From Kiritimatiellia bacterium (GTDB taxonomy: Bacteria; Verrucomicrobiota; Kiritimatiellia; RFP12; UBA1067): a stretch of 64,000 nt of DNA. The stretch is from assembly GCA_045595285.1 (NCBI GenBank), contig JAZOAC010000071.1, positions 12,285 through 76,284 on the forward strand, written 5' to 3'. Position 1 is the stretch's first letter, and the number at the start of each line of letters is the position of its first letter. The translations under genes were made by a program, and so were the position numbers. Positions 44,559-51,764 of this stretch are shown here, piece after piece. The notes under the pieces were generated by a model. That model did not search any database. It was not told the origin of the DNA and was given only the letters and a program-made list of their open reading frames with translations.

Positions 44559-45212
44559 ATGTCCAATCAGAGAAAAAAAGACGTCAGGCGGGCAGGTCCG
44601 GCAACAGCCGTTCCTGTGGAATCGCTCCACAAAGTCAATGCATGCCGGATTCAGGATCGAGAACTCTGCAACCTTCCTTTGCCGTCGTGCGGCAAGGCGG
44701 CGTTTCATGATGACGTTGTGAGTGTTGCCCTGATTGCCGAACGCCTGGTAGCGCTGTTGAATGCGCGTGGACTTGACTGTGCGACGGCGGAATCCTGCAC
44801 GGGAGGTGGCGTCGGTTCTGCGATCACTTCCGTGCCGGGATCGAGTTCCGTGTTTGCCGGTGGCGTGATCAGCTACGCAAACGAAGTGAAGCGTGATGTC
44901 CTTGGCGTGCCAGAGTCGGTGCTGGCTGAGAAGGGTGCTGTTTCGTCCGAGTGTGCGGCTGCGATGGCCGTGGGCGTCCGGAGACTGTTGAATGTCGATA
45001 TCGCGGTTTCGCTCACGGGCATTGCCGGGCCCGGCGGCGGCAGTGCGGAGAAACCGGTTGGACTTGTGTGGTTTGGCATCGCAACGGCGTACGGGGCGCG
45101 TACGGAGCGTGTGATATTCTCTGGAGACCGTGCTCGGATTCGTGCGGCGGCGGTAGTGCACGCACTTGGCATGCTCACGATTGCCGCCATGGCTCCTGGC
45201 ACTGCGACGTGA
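44559..45212 (+). CDS. pncC: CinA C-terminal-domain protein / nicotinamide-nucleotide amidohydrolase PncC
   Basis: ATAESCTGGGVGSAITSVPGSS, FAGGVISYANEVK, GAVSSECAAAMA and SLTGIAGPGGGS are present. The roughly 50-aa N-terminal extension is of uncertain reality, and an in-frame GTG at about 44712 is an alternative start. Confidence 0.8.
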   Translation: MSNQRKKDVRRAGPATAVPVESLHKVNACRIQDRELCNLPLPSCGKAAFHDDVVSVALIAERLVALLNARGLDCATAESCTGGGVGSAITSVPGSSSVFAGGVISYANEVKRDVLGVPESVLAEKGAVSSECAAAMAVGVRRLLNVDIAVSLTGIAGPGGGSAEKPVGLVWFGIATAYGARTERVIFSGDRARIRAAAVVHALGMLTIAAMAPGTAT

Positions 45213-45254
45213 AAGTCTCTTCCGGTGGACATGTGCCGCCCTTCGTCAAAATTA

Positions 45255-45263
45255 TGGTACAAT
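45255..45263 (+). promoter_or_regulatory. extended -10 promoter element TGGTACAAT (leaderless cpaB)
   Basis: The context reads aTTATGGTACAAT. Only 7 nt (AGCGACT) separate it from ATG 45271. Confidence 0.55.
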
Positions 45264-45270
45264 AGCGACT

Positions 45271-46083
45271 ATGAAACAGAAAATAGTCCTGATCGCCGCA
45301 GTTGTCGCCGGACTTGCCGCCGCGATACTGACGCGATTCTATCTTTCCTCCAAGGATTCGGAGATCGCCGCAATGAAGTCGCGCTTTGCCGAAAGATACG
45401 GAGTGATGGAAGTGCTCTGCTATGTCGAGAACGTGCCGGGCGGCACCATAATCTCTAAAAATCAGCTTGGGACAAAGCGCGTTCCCGCCGCAGGGTTGAG
45501 GGGGCAGGCCCTCGCCATCGAGAATCTTGGAGATGTCCTCGGACGGCGAATCGTGCTAGGCCACCGTACCGGGGACATCGTGTTCTGGGCGGACATTGAG
45601 GGCGGCAATCCGCGAGCCACAGGCCTGGCGGCGGACATAAAGAAGGGCATGCGCGCCATTTCGATAAACGCATCAGGAGCGGCCGCCGTCTCCGGAATGG
45701 TGAACCCCAACGACCACGTGGATGTCATCGGCACCTTTACGTTTCCGGATGAGTCCGGCCAGCGCAAGAACGATGCGATGGTCACATGCACCATACTCCA
45801 GAACGTGCTTGTCCTCGCCACGGGGAAGACGACCGCAAAGATGGCTGGGCGCATGGACGACGGTTCGGCCCAGAACGCATACTCCACCGTGACGCTTGAG
45901 GTCACTCCGCGTGAGGCCGAGATGCTTGCGTTCGCCGAGCAGATTCGTGGACGCCTTTCGCTGTCGCTCCGCAACCGCAGCGACGTGTCGTACGAGAGGG
46001 AACTTCCAAAGGTCGATTTCGAGAAGATCCGTTCCACGATTGAGGAGCTGAACCTCAAGCGCCAGCAGAAGTACGTAAAGTAG
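45271..46083 (+). CDS. cpaB: Flp/Tad pilus assembly protein CpaB (RcpC family)
   Basis: N-terminal TM IVLIAAVVAGLAAAILT. A SAF-like region is followed by GMRAISINAS.....GMVNPNDHVDVIGTF and NVLVLATG..........VTLEVTPREAEMLAFAE. Confidence 0.8.
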   Translation: MKQKIVLIAAVVAGLAAAILTRFYLSSKDSEIAAMKSRFAERYGVMEVLCYVENVPGGTIISKNQLGTKRVPAAGLRGQALAIENLGDVLGRRIVLGHRTGDIVFWADIEGGNPRATGLAADIKKGMRAISINASGAAAVSGMVNPNDHVDVIGTFTFPDESGQRKNDAMVTCTILQNVLVLATGKTTAKMAGRMDDGSAQNAYSTVTLEVTPREAEMLAFAEQIRGRLSLSLRNRSDVSYERELPKVDFEKIRSTIEELNLKRQQKYVK

Positions 46084-46095
46084 GCCGCATCCACC

Positions 46096-47787
46096 ATGAT
46101 CCTCACACTGCTCAAGCCCGGTCAGTCGACCCCTGTCACGGAGAATCTCCCCGACGGCAACTACATCGTCGGGCGCAGCTCGTTGTCCAGGATTGTGTTG
46201 GCCTATGCCGATGTCTCGGAGCGTCACGCTCTGATATCCGTGCGCGATGGCAAGGCAACGGTAGAGGACCTCAAAAGCGCGAACGGCACATATGTGAATG
46301 GCGTCCAGATAGACCGGCGAACGGCGCTCTCAGACGATTCGATCGTCCAGATCGGCGGCACCGTGCTTCGCATGACCGATTCGCAGCCGCAAAGGGATGC
46401 CGTCCCGGAACGTAAGGAGGCCGTCAGCGCTCCGGTGGAGCGGACTCCAGCCTCTGTCGCGACGGCGTCTCCGCAACCGTCGGCGGTTCCGCATGCAAAG
46501 GTTGATCCTCAGGCCACCCTGCGCCGGAAGATACGCGAGCAGATACAGGATGAGCTTATCGTGCGCATGGATCTGAAGCGGCTCACGGCCTCGGGTGTGG
46601 ATCGCGAAGGACTGGAGCGTCAGGCGCACGAGAAGATTTCCGAGATTGTGGCGGAGGTGATCAGGAGCGGGAAGCTTCCGCGTTCGATAGACCCTGAACG
46701 CATCAAGAAGGAGGTGTTCGACGAGGCACTCCGCCTGGGGCCGCTTGAAGATCTTCTGGACGATCCCTCCGTTTCTGAAATCATGGTGAACGGTCCGCAT
46801 CAGGTGTATGTGGAGCGTGGAGGGCGTCTCCAGCTTACGGATCTGCAGTTCGCCGACGATGCAAGCGTGAGCGCAATCATCGAGCGCATCGTCGCGCCGC
46901 TCGGCCGGCGCATCGACGAGTCCCAGCCGTATGTGGACGCGCGTCTCAAGGATGGTTCGCGCGTGAACGCAATCATCCCGCCGCTTTCGCTTTCGGGACC
47001 GTCCATCACGATCCGCAAATTCTCGAAAAAGACCCTGACGGTCGAGGACTTCATACGCTTTGGCACATGGAACGCAAATGCCGCCGCCTTCATGGAGGTG
47101 TGCGTCAAGCTCCGCAAGAACATCATTGTGGCCGGAGGAACGGGGTCCGGAAAGACGACCCTGCTCAATCTGCTTTCGTCGTTCATTCCCGAGACGGAGC
47201 GCATTGTCACGGTCGAGGACGCGGCCGAGCTCAAGCTTGTGCAGCCGCATGTCGTGCGGCTCGAGGCGCGTCCCGCGAACGTCGAAGGAAAGGGCGCGGT
47301 CACGATACGCGACCTCGTCAAGAACTGTCTTCGCATGCGTCCGGACCGCATCATCGTTGGCGAATGCCGGAGCGGAGAGGCTCTCGACATGCTCCAGGCG
47401 ATGAACACGGGACACGACGGGTCGCTCACGACGGTTCACGCGAACTCGCCGCGTGATGTGGTGTCGCGCCTCGAAACGATGGTTCTCATGAGCGGAATGG
47501 AGCTTCCGTCGCGCGCCATCCGCGAGCAGATCGCGAGCGCCGTGGACATAATAATCCACGAATCGCGTCTTGCGGACGGATCGCGCAAGGTCACAGCCAT
47601 CACCGAGGTGACGGGCATGGAAGGTCAGAACATCGTGATGCAGGACATCTTTGCGTTCCGCCAGAGCGGCGTGGACGAGAACGGCAAGATCGTTGGCGAA
47701 TTCCGTCCGACCGGTGCGATGCCTACATTCTTCGACACGCTCAAATCGCGCGGCATGAATCTTGATCCGGGGATATTCCAACCGTGA
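46096..47787 (+). CDS. cpaF: Tad secretion ATPase CpaF/TadA with N-terminal FHA domain
   Basis: The N-terminal GNYIVGRSSLSRIVLAYADVSERHALISVRDGKATVEDLKSANGTYVNGVQI is FHA-like. The C-terminal part is a VirB11/CpaF ATPase (DPSVSEIMVNGP, VAGGTGSGKTTLLN, RPDRIIVGECRSGEALDMLQAMNTGHDGSLTTVHANS). Confidence 0.9.
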   Translation: MILTLLKPGQSTPVTENLPDGNYIVGRSSLSRIVLAYADVSERHALISVRDGKATVEDLKSANGTYVNGVQIDRRTALSDDSIVQIGGTVLRMTDSQPQRDAVPERKEAVSAPVERTPASVATASPQPSAVPHAKVDPQATLRRKIREQIQDELIVRMDLKRLTASGVDREGLERQAHEKISEIVAEVIRSGKLPRSIDPERIKKEVFDEALRLGPLEDLLDDPSVSEIMVNGPHQVYVERGGRLQLTDLQFADDASVSAIIERIVAPLGRRIDESQPYVDARLKDGSRVNAIIPPLSLSGPSITIRKFSKKTLTVEDFIRFGTWNANAAAFMEVCVKLRKNIIVAGGTGSGKTTLLNLLSSFIPETERIVTVEDAAELKLVQPHVVRLEARPANVEGKGAVTIRDLVKNCLRMRPDRIIVGECRSGEALDMLQAMNTGHDGSLTTVHANSPRDVVSRLETMVLMSGMELPSRAIREQIASAVDIIIHESRLADGSRKVTAITEVTGMEGQNIVMQDIFAFRQSGVDENGKIVGEFRPTGAMPTFFDTLKSRGMNLDPGIFQP

Positions 47788-48461
47788 TTCTGCAGTTCGC
47801 CATAATTGCGGCAACGGCACTGTTTGCCGGCGGTGTGACGGCGTTCGTCCTCATGAAGATGGAGATCGACGCCGGTCGCCGCGGAAAGACCGCCTACGCA
47901 AAATGGCTGAACGCCAGATATGTGCGCAGGTTCGACGAACAGCTTACAGACGCGCTCGGCACGATGTCAAACGCCTTGAGGGCGGGCTTTTCGATCAGTC
48001 AGGCGTTTGAGTCCGTGGCGGAATCCGACGTGCATCCGATCTCCGACGAGTTTGCGCTGCTGCTTCAGCAGATGCGGGTGGGGATGAGCTTTGACGATGC
48101 GCTCGCCTCGCTTGAGAGCCGTATCGGGTCCGACGATCTCACGCTTGTGGTTACGTCCATTGACATTGCGAGAAAGACGGGCGGCAATCTCACGGAGATA
48201 TTCGACAGCATATCGGATACGATCCGCGCGCGCATGCGCATTGAACGCAAGGTGCGCACCCTCACCGCACAGGGCAGGCTTCAGGGGCTGATCGTATCTC
48301 TCATGCCTTTCTTCCTGTGCATTGTGATGACTATGATGAAGCCGGGGATGATGATCCCGTTTCTCACGTCGATGACAGGAATCGCGTGCCTTGCGGTAGC
48401 CTCGCTGATGGTGTTGGCCGGTTGGCTGATCATACGCAAGATCGTCACCATAAGGGTTTAA
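47784..48461 (+). CDS. tadB: Tad pilus inner-membrane platform protein (TadB/TadC, single T2SSF domain)
   Basis: The GTGA overlaps the cpaF stop. LTDALGTMSNALRAGFSISQAFESVA, LLLQQMRVGMSFDDAL and ARKTGGNLTEIFD are present, followed by C-terminal TM helices. Confidence 0.75.
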   Translation: MILQFAIIAATALFAGGVTAFVLMKMEIDAGRRGKTAYAKWLNARYVRRFDEQLTDALGTMSNALRAGFSISQAFESVAESDVHPISDEFALLLQQMRVGMSFDDALASLESRIGSDDLTLVVTSIDIARKTGGNLTEIFDSISDTIRARMRIERKVRTLTAQGRLQGLIVSLMPFFLCIVMTMMKPGMMIPFLTSMTGIACLAVASLMVLAGWLIIRKIVTIRV

Positions 48462-48515
48462 GAGCAGGGGCAGCCATGCATTGTCATATGATGTGTTTCG
48501 TCGAACTTCAACATA

Positions 48516-48524
48516 TGGTAAAAT
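48516..48524 (+). promoter_or_regulatory. extended -10 promoter element TGGTAAAAT
   Basis: The context reads aCATATGGTAAAAT. It lies inside the 5' part of track ORF 48481. An in-frame TTG at 48535 lies 10 nt downstream. Confidence 0.45.
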
Positions 48525-48534
48525 ACGACTTGTT

Positions 48535-49752
48535 TTGAAAAAAGAATTTGATAGCGTTGAGGAATGTCTCGCTGCGCTTGCGCGCGGTGAGATTATTGTT
48601 GTCACCGATGATGAAGACCGTGAGAACGAAGGCGACTGCATATGCGCCGCCCGTTTCGCCACGCCTTTGAACGTGAATTTCATGGCGACGCATGCGAAAG
48701 GACTCATCTGCATGCCGATGTCGCAGGAGTGGTGCCGGAAACTAGACCTCAATCAGATGGTCTCGAGCAATACCGACAATCATCAAACTGCGTTTACGGT
48801 ATCGATCGATGCGGTATCCACCACGACCGGGATCTCGGCGGCGGAGCGCTCGATGACTGCGCTTGCGTGCGTGAATCCGTCCTCGAAACCGGAGGATTTC
48901 CGGCGACCTGGCCATATGTTTCCGCTGGAGGCTCGCAAGGGCGGTGTCCTGAGGCGGGCTGGGCACACTGAGGCTACTGTCGATCTGTGCCGTCTGGCCG
49001 GATTGGAGGAGGTCGGCCTCTGCTGCGAGATCATGAAGGACGACGGCACGATGGCACGGATGCCGGATCTTGAGAGTTTTGCGGAGCGGCACGGACTGAA
49101 GTTCATGACAATCGCCCAGCTCATTTCGTATCGCCGCAGCAAGGAGCGTCTGGTGGAGAAGGTGGAGGAGGTTGACATGCCTACGGCATGGGGCCATTTC
49201 CGCCTTTCAATGTACAAGTCGCTTGTCACCGGGTTCGAGCATCTTGCGCTCGTGAAGGGTGATGTCGCCAATGGCGAACCCTCGTTGGTGCGTGTTCATT
49301 CGGAGTGTTTTACCGGCGATGTGCTTGGCTCCCAGAGGTGCGACTGCGGACCTCAGCTTCACGAAGCGATGAGCATGGTCGAGAAGGAAGGACGTGGCGC
49401 CATCCTCTACATGCGGCAGGAAGGACGCGGGATTGGCCTGGAGAATAAACTTCACGCCTACCGCAAGCAGGAGTCCGGACTGGATACGGTAGAGGCCAAT
49501 GTTGCGCTTGGCTTCGCCCCTGATCTCCGGGAGTACGGAGAGGGTGCGCAGATACTTGGCGATCTTGGCATATCCAAGGTGCGCCTGATCACAAACAATC
49601 CGTGTAAGATCAAGGGTCTTGCCGGATATGGAATTGAAATTTCCGAGCGTGTTCCGGTTGTCATTCCCGCAACCGAGTACGACGAACGGTATCTCGAGAC
49701 TAAACGTGTAAAAATGGGGCATCTGTACGATTGCCCGTGCAAGGTGAAATGA
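48535..49752 (+). CDS. ribBA: bifunctional 3,4-dihydroxy-2-butanone-4-phosphate synthase / GTP cyclohydrolase II (RibBA)
   Basis: [53 protein letters not shown] and [12 protein letters not shown] are present. The start is uncertain: TTG 48535 if the promoter call is right, otherwise TTG 48481. Confidence 0.85.
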   Translation: MKKEFDSVEECLAALARGEIIVVTDDEDRENEGDCICAARFATPLNVNFMATHAKGLICMPMSQEWCRKLDLNQMVSSNTDNHQTAFTVSIDAVSTTTGISAAERSMTALACVNPSSKPEDFRRPGHMFPLEARKGGVLRRAGHTEATVDLCRLAGLEEVGLCCEIMKDDGTMARMPDLESFAERHGLKFMTIAQLISYRRSKERLVEKVEEVDMPTAWGHFRLSMYKSLVTGFEHLALVKGDVANGEPSLVRVHSECFTGDVLGSQRCDCGPQLHEAMSMVEKEGRGAILYMRQEGRGIGLENKLHAYRKQESGLDTVEANVALGFAPDLREYGEGAQILGDLGISKVRLITNNPCKIKGLAGYGIEISERVPVVIPATEYDERYLETKRVKMGHLYDCPCKVK

Positions 49753-50258
49753 AAATGGAAAAGACAGAACTTTGTCCCTGTGGAAGCGGTCTGACATACG
49801 GCGAATGCTGCGCGCCTATCCATGGCGGAGCAGAAAAAGCCAAGACCGCCGAGGCGTTGATGCGGGCCCGCTATTCCGCATACGCAGTGAAGAACATCCC
49901 GTTCCTTAAGACGTCTGCCGGGCCTGAGGTCCAGAAGGAATTCGACGAGAAGGCGTGCAAGGAATGGGCGGAGGCCTCAACGTGGCAAGGGCTCGAGATT
50001 CTCGGCACCGATCGTGGCGGCGAGGCCGACGACGAGGGGTTTGTCGAGTTCATCGCCCACTATGCCGCAAACGGCGAGGCGGTCGAGCATCACGAGCACG
50101 CCTATTTCAAGAGGCTGGACGGGGAGTGGAAGTTCATCGACGGCGAGATTGAGACGGGTGTCCCGTATGTGCGCGAGGAGCCCAAGGTCGGTCGCAACGA
50201 TCCGTGTCCGTGCGGAAGCGGCAAGAAGTACAAGAAGTGCTGCGGCAAGGGCGAATGA
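49749..50258 (+). CDS. ychJ: YchJ family (UPF0225) protein with SEC-C zinc motifs at both ends
   Basis: The N-terminal [13 protein letters not shown] and the C-terminal [16 protein letters not shown] are both present. ATG 49749 overlaps the ribBA stop. Confidence 0.8.
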   Translation: MKMEKTELCPCGSGLTYGECCAPIHGGAEKAKTAEALMRARYSAYAVKNIPFLKTSAGPEVQKEFDEKACKEWAEASTWQGLEILGTDRGGEADDEGFVEFIAHYAANGEAVEHHEHAYFKRLDGEWKFIDGEIETGVPYVREEPKVGRNDPCPCGSGKKYKKCCGKGE

Positions 50259-50261
50259 GCC

Positions 50262-50939
50262 ATGACCAGACGTGAACTCGCCGCCATGATCGATCATACC
50301 TTTCTCAAGGCGGCGGGTTCTCCCGACGCCGTGGAGAGGCTTTGCGACGAAGCGCGGAAGTACAGGTTCGCATGTGCGATGGTGAATCCTGCGGAGGTCG
50401 CAAGGGCGGCGGCACTGCTTGAAGGGTCGGACGTGCGCGTAGGAACTGTCGTCGGGTTCCCTCTCGGACAGAACACGGTGCGCACCAAATGCGCCGAGGC
50501 CGTTGAGATGGTCGAGGCCGGTGCCTTGGACATTGACTATGTGCTGAACATTCGCGATTTGAGGGCCAAATCCTCGGAAACAGTTCTTGAGGATCTCATG
50601 ATTCTCAATCTCGCGCCCAAGAAGGTCAGCGATGATGTTGTGACGAAGCTCATAGTCGAATGCTGCTATCTCACCGATGACGAAAAGGTGCTGGCCTGCC
50701 GTCTGGCGAAGAAGGCTGGATTCGATTTCGTAAAGACGTCCACGGGCTTTGGATCCGGTGGCGCAACCCCCGAAGATGTCGCACTGATGCGGAGAACCGT
50801 CGGCAGGACCATGGGTGTGAAGGCTGCCGGGGGGATTCGTACGCTTGAGGATGCGATGAAGATGGTCGCGGCCGGCGCAAACCGCCTTGGCTGCAGCGCA
50901 GGGGTTGATATTGTCGAGTCTCTCGGGACGTCATGCTGA
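50262..50939 (+). CDS. deoC: deoxyribose-phosphate aldolase
   Basis: IDHTFLK, VGTVVGFPLG, DFVKTSTGF and VKAAGGIRT are present. Confidence 0.9.
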   Translation: MTRRELAAMIDHTFLKAAGSPDAVERLCDEARKYRFACAMVNPAEVARAAALLEGSDVRVGTVVGFPLGQNTVRTKCAEAVEMVEAGALDIDYVLNIRDLRAKSSETVLEDLMILNLAPKKVSDDVVTKLIVECCYLTDDEKVLACRLAKKAGFDFVKTSTGFGSGGATPEDVALMRRTVGRTMGVKAAGGIRTLEDAMKMVAAGANRLGCSAGVDIVESLGTSC

Positions 50940-50975
50940 CAGACGGTTGTTGGTGTTTGCGGACGGGCGATACGC

Positions 50976-51764
50976 ATGAACAGGATACTTTTTGAGAAGA
51001 ATGAAATCGTTGGTGGATGCGCGGTGTTTTCCGATGAACGCGCCGAACACGTGTTGAACGTGCTGCATGGCGCATCCGGACAGATTCTCAAGACCGGCGA
51101 GATAGATGGATTGATCGGGACGTCCGTCATAGAGGACATCCGTAATCTGCATGAGCGCGAACCGGGTTCGGCCCAGCGCGGCAATGGTCTTCTTGCCGGA
51201 GAGATTGCGGTCAGGTGTTCTCATTTCGAGACGGCTCCTGAACCGTGGATCGACCTGATTCTCGCTCCGCCGCGTCCGCGGGTGCTGAAGCGTCTTCTTC
51301 CGCAGCTGGCGGCGATGGGTGTCGGAAGGATCGTGCTTGTCGGGGCGGAGAAGGTGGAGAAGTCCTTCTGGGGCGCACAACTTGTGAAAGAGGAAGTGTA
51401 CAGGCCTCTGCTCATCGACGGACTTATGCAATGCGGGACGACGTCCGTACCGACGATAAGGATAGAGAAGTCATTCCGGCGATACGCTGAATCGCGCATG
51501 ACAGACGAATTTGCCGATAGCGAGAAGATTGTCGCTCATCCCTCTACGGATTTTGCCCGGACGCAAAGGGCCGAAGATTCGGGGTCTCGGTCTAATAGCC
51601 GTCCAGTCGTGGCCATAGGGCCCGAGGGCGGCTGGACGGATGGCGAGGTTGCTTTGCTTGAGACGAAAGGGTTTGCCCGTTATTCGCTGGGATCCCGCAT
51701 TCTTCGCACCGATACGGCGACAATTGCGGTGATTGCCCAGCTTATGCAGGCGTTCAGAGTATGA
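50976..51764 (+). CDS. rsmE: RsmE-family 16S rRNA (uracil-N3)-methyltransferase, paralog 1
   Basis: RAEHVLNVL, ILAPPRPRVLKRLLPQLAAMGVGRIVLV and VVAIGPEGGWTDGEV......LGSRILRTDTA are present. Confidence 0.7.
   Translation: MNRILFEKNEIVGGCAVFSDERAEHVLNVLHGASGQILKTGEIDGLIGTSVIEDIRNLHEREPGSAQRGNGLLAGEIAVRCSHFETAPEPWIDLILAPPRPRVLKRLLPQLAAMGVGRIVLVGAEKVEKSFWGAQLVKEEVYRPLLIDGLMQCGTTSVPTIRIEKSFRRYAESRMTDEFADSEKIVAHPSTDFARTQRAEDSGSRSNSRPVVAIGPEGGWTDGEVALLETKGFARYSLGSRILRTDTATIAVIAQLMQAFRV

Noticed and set aside
46330-47820. 496-aa - strand ORF opposite cpaF. The same applies to 52310..54289 opposite the helicase and 60508..61845 opposite the hydrolase.
   Set aside because: Same reasoning: these are mirror-frame ORFs of GC-rich genes, and the + strand products have clear family motifs.
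48462-48534. FMN riboswitch upstream of ribBA
   Set aside because: Only about 74 nt are available, and part of that is occupied by the promoter motif. That is too short for an FMN aptamer, and none of the conserved FMN-element sequence is visible.
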